32,000 nucleotides of DNA from Cyanothece sp. BG0011 (GCF_003013815.1 NZ_PRLH01000189.1:2301-34300); one strand, 5' to 3'; shown: positions 18,727-28,773, counted from the stretch's first letter. The notes: generated by a model from the sequence alone, not told the origin. A program made the numbers and translations.

Positions 18727-18766
18727 ATAGGAAGCAGGAAGAGAACTTAATCTCTTGGCTTCCTAT
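18727..18766. terminator. hairpin between convergent genes ctaB and the SDR gene
   Basis: ATAGGAAGC (18727-18735) / GCTTCCTAT (18758-18766), with inner AAGAGA (18739-18744) / TCTCTT (18751-18756) around a 6-nt loop. It fits the 60-bp gap between the two stop codons. Confidence 0.7.
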
Positions 18767-18770
18767 ATTA

Positions 18771-19652
18771 TTAAAGTTGATCTTTTAATTGTTTTAATTC
18801 TTCTCTTAAAGATAAGGGTTGATAACCGAGTTTAAATGCTTTGGAACTATCTAAAGCAGTATCAGGCGATCGCGGGGCAGACATAGGCACATCTTGTTGT
18901 AAACAAGGGGTAATTAACTCAGGAGAAAAGGCAAAAATTTCTGCCATTAAATGCCCAAATTTATAACGGGAAATTCGTTCTTTTCCCCCTAAATGTAGGA
19001 TTTCTCCCTCTGCTTTTTCTAAAGCTAATAATAGCCCTTTGGCAGCGGTTAACCCACTGACAGGGGTGCGATATTCATCGGTAAATAAACTTAACTCTTT
19101 TCCTTGTCTAAAGGTATCTAAAAAGAATTGAATAAAGCTGGCCCCATGGGGGGAAGGAAGACCAAACATTAACGGCATTCGACAGATAACTATTTTAGGA
19201 TAAATAGCTAACATTTTTTCTTCGGCTTTTACTTTTTGTTCTCCATAATAACTAATAGGAGAAACAGGATCAGTTTCTTTGTAGGGAGACTTTGAACCAT
19301 TAAAAACTAAATCCGTTGACGTAAAAACACAAGGAATATTGAGATTAGCGCATAATTGAGCAATATTCACTGAAGCCGTTACATTAATTTTATAGGCATC
19401 TTCTGGATTATTTTGACAATAGTTCGGTTTCGATGCTGCGGCTAAATGAATCACTGCATCGGGCTTTATTTCATTAAATACTGTTTGTAATTCCTTAATA
19501 TTTGTAACATCAACCTTGACATATTTAACCTTATCTATATTAGTTTTATTACGATAATAAGTCCCATAAACCTGCCAATTTGCCTTAGTATATTGACAAA
19601 CATTATAACCCAGAAAACCACTAGCCCCTGTAATTAAAAGTTTTTTAGTCAT
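18771..19652 (-). CDS. SDR / dTDP-4-dehydrorhamnose reductase-like protein (RmlD family)
   Basis: LLITGASGFLGYNVCQY, DAVIHLAAASKPNYCQ, PCVFTSTDLVFNGSKSPYKETDPVSPISYYGEQKVKAE. Confidence 0.87.
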   Translation of the reverse strand: MTKKLLITGASGFLGYNVCQYTKANWQVYGTYYRNKTNIDKVKYVKVDVTNIKELQTVFNEIKPDAVIHLAAASKPNYCQNNPEDAYKINVTASVNIAQLCANLNIPCVFTSTDLVFNGSKSPYKETDPVSPISYYGEQKVKAEEKMLAIYPKIVICRMPLMFGLPSPHGASFIQFFLDTFRQGKELSLFTDEYRTPVSGLTAAKGLLLALEKAEGEILHLGGKERISRYKFGHLMAEIFAFSPELITPCLQQDVPMSAPRSPDTALDSSKAFKLGYQPLSLREELKQLKDQL

Positions 19653-20349
19653 TAATCAATCTTTCCATAGAATCAATAATCGTATAGTTTGATCGATCAA
19701 ATTTTTCCTTTCTTTCCAATAAAAAAGCGTTAATACCAACAGCTTTTGCCCCTTGATAATCTTCTTTTTTACTATCTCCAATATGCCAAGCTTCTTCAGG
19801 TTGACATTGATGTTTTTCTAAGGCTTCAACAAAAATTTTAGGATCGGGTTTAGCCCTTCCTGTTGTGGAAGAAATGGTAATGGTTTGAAAGAAATTAGTT
19901 AAGGCAAACATATCCAATACCTCATAAATTCTACTATCAAAATTTGAGATAATTCCCAATGGTATTCCCTGTTTTTGCCAATAGTCTAAAGCGGGAAAAA
20001 CATCTGTATAAAGAAACCAAGGATGAGGGGTGGCAAAATAATCATAAACTTGCCGAAAAAAGCCATCAAAATCATGAAATTGATCCATGACTTCTACTGC
20101 TGTATAAGTATCATAAGCCACCTGATACCACCACTGATATTCTAAGTCTGGCACCGCCATGATATCTACCCCCGAAAAAGCTAAGGGGGGGGCTTTTTTA
20201 AACTGTTGATAAAATGCAGTGTCTAACGTCTGAGGATCACATTGTATTCCCACCTGTGAGGCAAGATAACCATACACTTCCCCTACCGATCCCTTAACAC
20301 CAAATAATGTGCCAACGGCATCAAAAAAAATGACTTTAGGTTGTTTCAT
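19645..20349 (-). CDS. HAD-IA family hydrolase
   Basis: VIFFDAVGTLFG (motif I), IISNFDSR (motif II), GRAKPDPKIF (motif III), HIGDSKKEDYQGAKAVG (motif IV). Confidence 0.92.
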   Translation of the reverse strand: MKQPKVIFFDAVGTLFGVKGSVGEVYGYLASQVGIQCDPQTLDTAFYQQFKKAPPLAFSGVDIMAVPDLEYQWWYQVAYDTYTAVEVMDQFHDFDGFFRQVYDYFATPHPWFLYTDVFPALDYWQKQGIPLGIISNFDSRIYEVLDMFALTNFFQTITISSTTGRAKPDPKIFVEALEKHQCQPEEAWHIGDSKKEDYQGAKAVGINAFLLERKEKFDRSNYTIIDSMERLIND

Positions 20350-20382
20350 AAAGCTCTAATATTTTATGCTCTTTAGTAATAG

Positions 20383-21573
20383 TTATGAAAAGAAATCAGT
20401 TAAAGGTTTAGTGATCCAATTAATACCCACATTGAGTTGATGTTTTAACGTAGGTAATCGATATAAATAAATTAATCGTCTAGCCATATAACCCAACGGA
20501 CCATCTAAATTAATTCCTAACCCTGATAACGTAGCATTATCAACCCCTAACGCCATCATTTCTCCTAAAGGTTGGTAAGCAAAAGGTAATAGAGGACGAT
20601 AGGTAATGGAAGCCCAAAGATTCCAAGCACAATAATCAGATTGTTGGAACGCTGTTTGCGCCGTTGCAGGAATTAAGTTTTTGGATTCATCGTAACAAGC
20701 AGCTAAATCACCAAGGGCAAAAATATTAGGGTGATCGACTACTTGTAAATGAGGATTTATTTTTAACAGTCCTTTCGAGGTTTTGGGTAGGGGTAAATGA
20801 TTAACCATATCAATCACTTGGGTTCCCACAGTCCACAAAACTAAATCCACAGGAATGGTGTCAATTTTTCCTTTATAAGCTAAAGAAATACTATCAGAAG
20901 TAACTTGAGTAACTTCGGTTTCTAGATCGATAAATACCCGTCGAGATTCTAGGGCATTTTCAGCCACTTCTTGATTAAATTCAGGGGATGTACTCAGTAT
21001 TTTTTCTCCTCTTTCGATGAGTCTGATCCGTCCGATATCTCCTAAGCGATCAGCCAATTTACAAGCTAATTCAACCCCACTATAGCCACCACCAACAATG
21101 GCAATACGGATTTTTTCGGCTTCTTTTTCTTCTAATAAACGTAATCTTTCTTTAATTCGATAAGCATCTTCTAAAGTCCGAAATGGGATGGCATAATCTT
21201 TCACCCCACTAAAATTATCTAAAGGGGTTTTCCCTCCCATAGCTAACACTAAGCGATCGTAATGTAAGCTATTGTGATTATCTAATTGGAGTTGTTGGTT
21301 TTCAATATCAATATCCGTGACACACCCTTGATGAAAACGGATGGCCGTACCGGCTAAAATTTCTTCATAAGGTGGGGCAATCTCCCACGTTTGCATCTCC
21401 TCAGTAATTAATTCATAGAGAAGGGGAGTAAATAAAAAGCGATCGCTTTTATCAATTAAGATAATTTCAGGGGTTTGCTCTTCTTCCCACCGAAACTGGG
21501 TTAGACGTAAAGCGGTATAGAGTCCCCCAAACCCTCCCCCGACAATGCAAATGCGTAATGGTTGTTCACTCAT
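20383..21573 (-). CDS. NAD(P)/FAD-dependent oxidoreductase, type II NADH dehydrogenase family
   Basis: Two Rossmann motifs: ICIVGGGFGGLYTALRL and IRIAIVGGGYSGVELACKLADRL. Also LPLPKTSKGLLKINPHLQVVDHPNIFALGDLA. Confidence 0.88.
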   Translation of the reverse strand: MSEQPLRICIVGGGFGGLYTALRLTQFRWEEEQTPEIILIDKSDRFLFTPLLYELITEEMQTWEIAPPYEEILAGTAIRFHQGCVTDIDIENQQLQLDNHNSLHYDRLVLAMGGKTPLDNFSGVKDYAIPFRTLEDAYRIKERLRLLEEKEAEKIRIAIVGGGYSGVELACKLADRLGDIGRIRLIERGEKILSTSPEFNQEVAENALESRRVFIDLETEVTQVTSDSISLAYKGKIDTIPVDLVLWTVGTQVIDMVNHLPLPKTSKGLLKINPHLQVVDHPNIFALGDLAACYDESKNLIPATAQTAFQQSDYCAWNLWASITYRPLLPFAYQPLGEMMALGVDNATLSGLGINLDGPLGYMARRLIYLYRLPTLKHQLNVGINWITKPLTDFFS

Positions 21574-21727
21574 AAGTTGGGTTAATGATGCGGTTCATAA
21601 TATATCTTAACATTTTAAATAATTAATTAATAAAAAAAGGGAATAAAATAATTTATTCCCCTAAAATATTGACTTTAAATCCTCTTAAAGACTTTGTTAG
21701 TCCTTAAGCATTTGTCTGGTGATTATT

Positions 21728-22309
21728 TTAGCTTTCACGGGGTTGTATGACACCAAAACCACCATGATTTCTCATATAGATCACATTGATTTCATTGGTG
21801 TCTTCATTGCGAAACATATAGAAGTCGTGATCCACTAATTCGAGTTGATGTTTGGCTTCTTCTATTGACATCGCAGGCATGGCAAAATATTTCATGCGAA
21901 TCACTTCGGGGGGTAATTCTGCCTCGCGATCGCCAATTAAATCTTCTTTCACTTCTGTCTCGGGAAGCACTTCGGGACTCTTCACAGAGGATTGAGGTTT
22001 ATGGTTATTAATTTTCTCTTTATATTTACGAAGCTGACGGGCAATTTTATCAGAAACCAAGTCAATACTTGCATAGAGATTTTCACTCCCTTCTTGGGCG
22101 CGAATCACTGTCCCATTGGCATAAACTGTGACTTCTGCTTTATGCTTATCGGTAATACGGGCATTCTTGGCCACAGATAAGTGAACATCAACTTTTGTGG
22201 TAAAAGTTTGATAATGTTTCACGGCTTTTTCTAATTTCTGTGTGACGTAATCATTGATCGATTCGGTTACATCAATATTATTGCCTTGAATTAATAGCTT
22301 CATACTCAT
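21728..22309 (-). CDS. lrtA: long-form ribosome hibernation promoting factor (LrtA/HPF)
   Basis: [31 protein letters not shown]; C-terminal [53 protein letters not shown]. Confidence 0.93.
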   Translation of the reverse strand: MSMKLLIQGNNIDVTESINDYVTQKLEKAVKHYQTFTTKVDVHLSVAKNARITDKHKAEVTVYANGTVIRAQEGSENLYASIDLVSDKIARQLRKYKEKINNHKPQSSVKSPEVLPETEVKEDLIGDREAELPPEVIRMKYFAMPAMSIEEAKHQLELVDHDFYMFRNEDTNEINVIYMRNHGGFGVIQPRES

Positions 22310-22832
22310 TACTCCATTTTTTGTTTCATTGTTGTAGAATTAAAAGAGAAAAATTGGGCTTTTTCTTATCTTTATTGATGAGATAGAGGCAACCCTATCA
22401 TTGGATTAATTCAATAACAATGGAGTGGGATATCTTTGTTTGTTCATACAATTCCTTGACCTCTTTTTAATTATCTTAAGCAGGGTTCCTTTATTCCTTA
22501 ATTTCCCCTAGATTAAGATAGTTTAATGATAGAAGGGCGAGAGTTTAATACTAGCTTTAATATTTTCTCTCCCTACTCAATTGATCATCTTGATGTGATC
22601 TGAGTCTCCAATCTTTACCCTACAGGATTCCTTACTTGTTGAGGGGAAGAATTGGTGAGAAAAACCTGTTTTGGGTGGCGTTTCTTTCAATCCTTGTCTC
22701 CGAGATAAACTCTGTATACTTTTAGACTAACACTTTGTATTGTTCTAAACATCGGTCTTTGTCTTCTTTTTATGTTCCTTTGCATCTCTTCATATTTCTT
22801 AAATATTTGCCCTGAAAACTTCGTTAATCGTT

Positions 22833-23492
22833 ATGTCAACTTCCCCTTTAGTACAACCCCGACGGTGTATACTGCAAAATTTAGGTATGATACCTTATCA
22901 AAGGGCGTGGGAGATGCAGCGATCGCTGGTTAACCAACGCTTAGACAACCCTAGTTTAGACGACACCCTATTATTATTAGAACATCCCCCCGTGTACACC
23001 TTGGGAACCGGGGCCGATACCCAGTTTATGAAGTTTGATCCCCAACACAGTCTTATCCCTGTTTATCGCATCGAAAGGGGGGGAGAAGTCACCTATCATT
23101 GTCCGGGTCAATTAGTGGGTTATCCTATTCTTAATTTACGTTACTATCAGCAGGATTTACATTGGTATTTAAGACAACTTGAGACAGTTATTATTGAAGT
23201 TTTAAACAGTTATCAACTGCCAGGAAAAAGAATTCCAGGATTAACCGGGGTTTGGGTAGATAATTATAAAGTTGCAGCCATTGGCATTAAAGTAAAACGT
23301 TGGGTTACCATGCACGGATTTTCCATTAATGTGTGTCCTGATTTACAAGGATTTAATCATATTATTCCCTGTGGAATTAAAGATAAACCTGTGGGAAGTT
23401 TACAGCAATTTTTGCCTGGCATTACTTTAGAAGAAATACAAATAAAAGTGATAGAAATGTTTGCAAAAGTGTTTGATGTTGAATATAATTAA
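22833..23492 (+). CDS. lipB: lipoyl(octanoyl) transferase LipB
   Basis: [77 protein letters not shown]. Confidence 0.95.
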   Translation: MSTSPLVQPRRCILQNLGMIPYQRAWEMQRSLVNQRLDNPSLDDTLLLLEHPPVYTLGTGADTQFMKFDPQHSLIPVYRIERGGEVTYHCPGQLVGYPILNLRYYQQDLHWYLRQLETVIIEVLNSYQLPGKRIPGLTGVWVDNYKVAAIGIKVKRWVTMHGFSINVCPDLQGFNHIIPCGIKDKPVGSLQQFLPGITLEEIQIKVIEMFAKVFDVEYN

Positions 23493-23543
23493 AGAAAAAC
23501 TAACTTTAAACTAATATAATCTCCAAAATTATTGTCCACCTTC

Positions 23544-24524
23544 TCACTGATTGACTAAATCACGAATAACATTAATCATAACTTCTGGTTCATCTATCCA
23601 AACAAAATGACTACTATTATTAGCTAAAACTTGTCTAGAATTTGATGAAAGCTTTAGCAACTCTTCATGGATAATCTCTCTAACATTATTAGTGGTTTTT
23701 ATAGGTAAGAAAAAACCAAAAAGTGACGGTTTAAAAAATGTTTTTGATTTAATACTAATTAGGGGAATATCTCCTAAGTTATCTGCTTTTCGTACTTGAG
23801 TTGCACTGATTTCTAAATTCCAAATTTCTCTAGCCATTGTTAACCAATGTTTAGGACGATAAAAAGAACGTTTAACCCTCATGCGAATCTCTATACTAAA
23901 CTTTCTTAATTGAGGTTTGATTAATTCAAATATTCCTAAGTTTCCTAGAATTCTAATTACCCCTAATATTGAACCACAAATTGACATTAAAAAACCTGAG
24001 AAAAAAAACAATTTTAATAATTTAACAGACAAAGGTAAACTTAACATCCCTTTTTCGTGGAGTCCATCTGTTAAAATAATACTAGAAACTTTCTCAGGAA
24101 AATAATGAGCATATAGCCTAATATTGTAACTACCAAAAGAATCACCCATTAAAATATAAGGAGGTGAAATTCCTGCTTTTTCTAACAGTTGATCTAATTC
24201 TCTTACAATTTCTTGACTACAACGTTTTTTCGGACTAGAATCACTCCAACCATAACCCGGTCTATCATAGATAAAAACTTGAGTAATTTTGGCAATTTCA
24301 TTGATTAAAAAATAACCTTCTATTCCTCCTAAACTGTGATCGATTACCACTGTATGACTACCCATTCCCTTAATATAACAATGAACTTTATAACCCCCCA
24401 AATCAATCAATTTTCCAGGAAGCAGTTGTTGCTTATTCTCCCAATAGGTCATCAACCAATGATAGATAGTTGTTAAAGATAAAAGTATCAGTTTATAATG
24501 GTCAAATATAAAGTTGTTATTCAT
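23544..24524 (-). CDS. alpha/beta hydrolase
   Basis: TVVIDHSLGGIEGYF, VFIYDRPGYGWSD, YILMGDSFGSYNIRLYA (nucleophile elbow GDSFG), late conserved His (NNSSHFVWIDEPEVM). Confidence 0.85.
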   Translation of the reverse strand: MNNNFIFDHYKLILLSLTTIYHWLMTYWENKQQLLPGKLIDLGGYKVHCYIKGMGSHTVVIDHSLGGIEGYFLINEIAKITQVFIYDRPGYGWSDSSPKKRCSQEIVRELDQLLEKAGISPPYILMGDSFGSYNIRLYAHYFPEKVSSIILTDGLHEKGMLSLPLSVKLLKLFFFSGFLMSICGSILGVIRILGNLGIFELIKPQLRKFSIEIRMRVKRSFYRPKHWLTMAREIWNLEISATQVRKADNLGDIPLISIKSKTFFKPSLFGFFLPIKTTNNVREIIHEELLKLSSNSRQVLANNSSHFVWIDEPEVMINVIRDLVNQ

Positions 24525-25254
24525 GCTGACTTATTTGGTTAGCAACTTCCTTTAAGACTTTTAGACTTTGCAAAGAACTTCTAATTAAATGTATTGAATT
24601 TGACGGATTTTTTAACATTTGACGGGCTAATATTAAAGGTTGTAAGGTTCCATCTTCTCTAAATGCCTTTGTTAAGTCGGGTAAATCTTGCTGGCAATTA
24701 TCACTAATGACCCGAATCATAGCCACAGGAATGCCTAATTTTTCACTCCAATGTAATAAGGCATAGCCTTCCATATCCACGACATCTGCTTGATATTTTT
24801 TACCTAATAAAAGCTTTTCTTGAGCAGAACAAATAACGCGATCGCTAGTTATTCCTGTGCCGATCAATGGGCTATTTCCTAACTGCTGAAATAGGCTCTT
24901 GGTCAGAAATTGGTCACACTGCCCCTTACTTTCCTGACTATCATCCATTAAACCACACTTTTTGTACAAAATCACATCCCCCACAGAATAATTTTGAGAC
25001 AAACTTCCCCCTAACCCCATCAGTATCAATCCTTGCGGTCTCTTATTAAGAAACTCTGGAGTTTGTTGCCATTGTTCTAGGAAGTGACTTAAGGGTTTAA
25101 TTCCAGCAGGAATCCTGAGAATTTTGAATTTTGATTGATTTTTACCCATTCCTTGACAAACGGTCTTATATTCCATCCCTTGAGGGACTAAAACAGTATT
25201 AACATCAGGGTTTTGGGGATTAGGGTTATAATGGGAGTGTGATCTAGATAACAT
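24517..25254 (-). CDS. phosphorylase / MTA-SAH nucleosidase superfamily protein (PNP_UDP_1-like)
   Basis: GLILMGLGGSLSQNYSVGDVIL, GTGITSDRVICS, ADVVDMEGYALLHWSEKLGIPVAMIRVISDN. Overlaps the hydrolase start by 8 bp. Confidence 0.8.
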   Translation of the reverse strand: MLSRSHSHYNPNPQNPDVNTVLVPQGMEYKTVCQGMGKNQSKFKILRIPAGIKPLSHFLEQWQQTPEFLNKRPQGLILMGLGGSLSQNYSVGDVILYKKCGLMDDSQESKGQCDQFLTKSLFQQLGNSPLIGTGITSDRVICSAQEKLLLGKKYQADVVDMEGYALLHWSEKLGIPVAMIRVISDNCQQDLPDLTKAFREDGTLQPLILARQMLKNPSNSIHLIRSSLQSLKVLKEVANQISQHE

Positions 25255-25484
25255 TGATAATTCTTGCTAATCTTTCTTATTTGAAAATGCAGAAAAATGG
25301 GCTATAAAAGGAAAGGTACTTATTGAAAATTAATGCTAATTGAGCTTGTCACAAAAGATAGCTCAAGCATAGCTTAAACATAACGGTGATGGTTAACCCA
25401 GTCTGATAGCTATCGCTTCTCCCCGATGAAATCGATTATTTTTAGCTCAATTTGTCCTAATTTATTGTTTACTTTCTTCTTGCT

Positions 25485-26543
25485 ATGGAAAACTCTATCA
25501 TTCTCCAGGTTAATCAACTGGTTAAACAATTTTCTCCTCATCAAGTTCCAGCTGTCGATGACGTTAATTTTCAATTAGCCCAAGGAGAGATTTTAGGGTT
25601 GTTAGGTCCGTCTGGTTGTGGTAAAACAACCCTATTACGCATGGTTGCCGGGTTTGAACAACCGTCCCAGGGAACCATAGAACTCGCAGGCAAGATCATT
25701 GCTAGTCCGTCTCAGTTACTTCCCCCAGAACAACGCAATACGGGGATGGTCTTTCAAGATTATGCTTTGTTTCCCCATTTAAACATCGCTGATAATATTG
25801 CTTTTGGCTTAAATAAGAAACGATTAAGCAAAAAAGAGGTCAAACAGCGTATTGTCGAAGTCTTAACCCTAGTGGGACTAGAAGGCTTAGAAAAACGCTA
25901 TCCTCATCAACTTTCAGGGGGACAACAACAACGGGTGGCCTTAGCCAGAGCATTAGCCCCTCAACCCGCCTTAATTTTACTCGATGAACCCCTCAGTAAC
26001 CTCGATGTACAGGTTCGCATTAGACTGCGCCACGAAATTCGTCATATTCTCAAAGCCACAGGGATCACCGCTATTTTTGTTACCCACGACCAAGAAGAAG
26101 CCTTAGCCATTTGCGATAAAATTGGAGTCATGTCCTCTGGCAAAATTGAACAACTAGGGACTCCTGAAAGTATTTACACTCGTCCTGCATCTCGTTTTGT
26201 GGCTGAATTTGTCACCCAGGCGAACTTTATCCCTGCCAAACGACAAGGGAAACTCTGGACCACAGAAGTAGGACAATGGGAACTCTCTTCACCTCCTGAA
26301 ACCGTCCCCGAAGGAGACTTAATGGTCAGACAAGAAGATATTCTTTTAAAACCCGATGAGACGGCCAAAGTCGTGATCAGCGATCGCCAATTTTTAGGGA
26401 GAGAATACCGTTACTGTTTACGAACCCCTTCTGGTGGACAAATTCACGCGAGAACAACGTTACAGACTCAGTTACCCATCGGGACCAAGGTTCAACTGGC
26501 CATCGCGTCTCAGTCGGCCCAAGTGTTCCCTGGGGTTTCGTAA
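25485..26543 (+). CDS. ABC transporter ATP-binding protein (FutC/PotA-like, with TOBE-like C-terminus)
   Basis: Walker A GPSGCGKTT, signature LSGGQQQRVALARAL, Walker B LILLDEPLSNLD, and an extended C-terminal domain. No permease or binding-protein gene is adjacent in the window. Confidence 0.9.
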   Translation: MENSIILQVNQLVKQFSPHQVPAVDDVNFQLAQGEILGLLGPSGCGKTTLLRMVAGFEQPSQGTIELAGKIIASPSQLLPPEQRNTGMVFQDYALFPHLNIADNIAFGLNKKRLSKKEVKQRIVEVLTLVGLEGLEKRYPHQLSGGQQQRVALARALAPQPALILLDEPLSNLDVQVRIRLRHEIRHILKATGITAIFVTHDQEEALAICDKIGVMSSGKIEQLGTPESIYTRPASRFVAEFVTQANFIPAKRQGKLWTTEVGQWELSSPPETVPEGDLMVRQEDILLKPDETAKVVISDRQFLGREYRYCLRTPSGGQIHARTTLQTQLPIGTKVQLAIASQSAQVFPGVS

Positions 26544-26577
26544 AGGGAATGGGGAATGGGGAATAGGGAATGGGGAG
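26544..26577. repeat. short tandem GGGGAAT-type heptamer repeat (STRR-like)
   Basis: AAGGGAATGGGGAATGGGGAATAGGGAATGGGGAG lies immediately after the ABC ATPase stop. Confidence 0.75.
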
Positions 26578-26618
26578 AGGACACAAGCAAGGGACGAACT
26601 ATTGCCACCCCCTCTAAC

Positions 26619-26638
26619 TCCCCCTTGTGTGAGGGGGA
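26619..26638 (+). terminator. C/G-rich hairpin downstream of the ABC ATPase gene
   Basis: TCCCCC (26619-26624), TTGTGTGA loop, GGGGGA (26633-26638), then AAAACCCTTTCCC. Confidence 0.4.
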
Positions 26639-26879
26639 AAACCCTTTCCCGTTGGCTGTTCACTCGGACGTAGGGAGTTGAGTTACCCCATTTATGAGAA
26701 ATTTCCGTTAAGAATTATGAAGTTGGCGGAAGGGAGAAAATCGATTTTTGTCCCTGAAAAAATCCCCTATTCCCCATAGATAAGGGAAGTTTAAGGATCA
26801 TGAATTATGGTATCGTTGATATTGCCGTAATGCGTGCAAAGATTAATATACCCACAAAATCATAATTTGCAGGAGAACA

Positions 26880-27365
26880 ATGGTGAAACGATTTATGCTG
26901 ATGGCCATCGCTGCTATCTTTTTCTTTTTACAATTTCCCATCCATAACGCCAGTGCCTTACAATTAAACGAGGAAACTCGAACCATTCCTTTAAATGAAG
27001 AAGGGGAAACAACAACCTTAAGCAGTGAACAGATCACCAATGGTCAAAGACTATTCATTCGTGAATGTACCCAATGTCACTTACAAGGGAAAACCAAGAC
27101 CAATAATAATGTTAGTTTGGGATTAGAAGATTTAGCCTTAGCAGAACCTCCTCGTGATAATGTCTTAGGTTTGGTCGACTATTTGAAATATCCCACCAGT
27201 TACGATGGAGAAGACGACTATACCGAATTACACGTTAATGTGAGTCGTCCTGATATCTATCCAGAATTAAGAGACTTCACCGAAGACGATCTTTATGATG
27301 TGTCTGGTTATGTTTTAGTCGCCCCCAAATTAGATCCTTACTGGGGTGGATCAATTTACTTCTAA
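26880..27365 (+). CDS. psbV: photosystem II cytochrome c-550 (PsbV)
   Basis: Signal peptide (MVKRFMLMAIAAIFFFLQFPIHNASA), heme motif CTQCH, and conserved NNVSLGLEDLALAEPPRDNVLGLVDYLKYPTSYDGEDDYTELHVN...YWGGSIYF. Confidence 0.97.
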   Translation: MVKRFMLMAIAAIFFFLQFPIHNASALQLNEETRTIPLNEEGETTTLSSEQITNGQRLFIRECTQCHLQGKTKTNNNVSLGLEDLALAEPPRDNVLGLVDYLKYPTSYDGEDDYTELHVNVSRPDIYPELRDFTEDDLYDVSGYVLVAPKLDPYWGGSIYF

Positions 27366-27520
27366 ACTAAGTCATCGAGGCAATTGAGTTGACTTTCATA
27401 ATTTTCTCTCTAGCTAGTCTAGGGAGATTTTTTTATCGATAGAAACTTCCACAAGCGAAATGTTAAGCTAAGTTGGAGTAAAAAAATGACTTCTGACTTC
27501 TAACTTCTAACTTCTACAAT

Positions 27521-28213
27521 ATGGTTCCTTTAAATGATAATAACCCCACCGAAAGAACAGCTTATGTTACTTATGGATTGATTATTATAAACATTTTAGT
27601 TTTCTTCAAAGAACTGAGTTTAAGTTCCGAGCAATTATCACAGTTTTTCCAATATTATGCCATTGTCCCCAAACAGTTAACCGCAGGATTTAGTGGAGTC
27701 GATTTTTATCATCCCATTCCCGAATGGATGACCTTAATTACCTCTCAATTTCTCCACGCTGGTTTTTTACATATTGCCGGAAATATGTTGTTTTTATGGA
27801 TTTTTGGCAATAACGTCGAGGATAAATTAGGTCATGTCAAATACTTATTATTTTATCTAACTTGTGGGGTATTAGCCGGTTTAAGTCAATGGTATTTTGC
27901 CCCCTATTCTGAGATTCCTTCATTAGGGGCCAGTGGGGCGATCGCAGGGGTAATGGGAGCCTACATTTTACGCTTTCCTCAGGCCCAAGTGTTAACCTTA
28001 ATTCCCTTAGGTATTTTTATCACCACCATTCGAGTGCCGGCGGTCTTCTTTTTAGGCTTTTGGTTTTTGCAGCAAGCGATTTATGGGTTTGCCAGTTTAA
28101 ACGTTCAAGCCAATGTGGGGATGGAAGGGGGAGGTGTCGCTTATTGGGCCCATGCAGGAGGATTTGTGTTTGGCTTTATTTTAGGTCCACTATTAGGATT
28201 GTTTAAAAAATAA
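27521..28213 (+). CDS. rhomboid family intramembrane serine protease
   Basis: QFLHAGFLHIAGNMLFLWIFGNNVED, catalytic GASGAIAGVMGAYI, YWAHAGGFVFGFILG. Confidence 0.93.
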   Translation: MVPLNDNNPTERTAYVTYGLIIINILVFFKELSLSSEQLSQFFQYYAIVPKQLTAGFSGVDFYHPIPEWMTLITSQFLHAGFLHIAGNMLFLWIFGNNVEDKLGHVKYLLFYLTCGVLAGLSQWYFAPYSEIPSLGASGAIAGVMGAYILRFPQAQVLTLIPLGIFITTIRVPAVFFLGFWFLQQAIYGFASLNVQANVGMEGGGVAYWAHAGGFVFGFILGPLLGLFKK

Positions 28214-28311
28214 CCATCAGATAGCCGATAATGAATAATAGGAAAGGATAGTGATCCCATCCTTAGACAAAACTGGTCTTGTTCTTTTGAAAATTGATCT
28301 AGGACGGTTCA

Positions 28312-28773
28312 ATGCTTTTACTGCTATTTCATCTGGGTGATGAAAGATACGCCATTGACAGTACCAAAGTGGTAGAAATTATCCCACAAGTGCAACTCAG
28401 AAAGCTGTATCAAGCCCCTAAATATGTAGTGGGGGTGTTTAACTATCGGAGTAAAATCGTACCGGCCATCGATTTATGTTACTTAATTGGGGATTATCCC
28501 TGTCGTCATTGTCTGAGTACAAGGATTATCATAGTCAATTATCCTCTGCCTGACGGAACCACCCGCTACCTAGGCCTGATGGCAGAACGAGTAACTGATA
28601 CCCTCTATAAATCAGAAAGGGAATGGATTCCCACAGAGGTGACGGCTGAGGTGGCTGCTTACTTGGGAGAAATGATTCCCGAAAAAGACGGTATGATTCA
28701 AAGACTACGGGTTGATAAGTTACTTTCGGATTCTCAACGAACCTGGTTGTTACCTGAAAATCGTTCCCAGTAA
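28312..28773 (+). CDS. CheW-like chemotaxis adaptor
   Basis: LLLLFHLGDERYAIDSTKVVEIIPQVQLRKLYQAPKYVVGVFNYRSKIVPAIDL is a typical CheW domain. Confidence 0.92.
   Translation: MLLLLFHLGDERYAIDSTKVVEIIPQVQLRKLYQAPKYVVGVFNYRSKIVPAIDLCYLIGDYPCRHCLSTRIIIVNYPLPDGTTRYLGLMAERVTDTLYKSEREWIPTEVTAEVAAYLGEMIPEKDGMIQRLRVDKLLSDSQRTWLLPENRSQ

Noticed and set aside
26611-26640. Yfr1-like motif suggested by TTGTGTGAGG
   Set aside because: The conserved Yfr1 ACTCCTCACAC core is not present. The string belongs to a common C/G-rich repeat hairpin.
26377-26673. Three ORFs in the track (26377..26586 -, 26434..26673 +, 26472..26663 -)
   Set aside because: They overlap each other, the 3' end of the ABC ATPase gene, and the G/C-rich heptamer repeat. 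Their translations (HSPFPLRNPREH, GNGEWGIGNGE) are read-through of low-complexity DNA.
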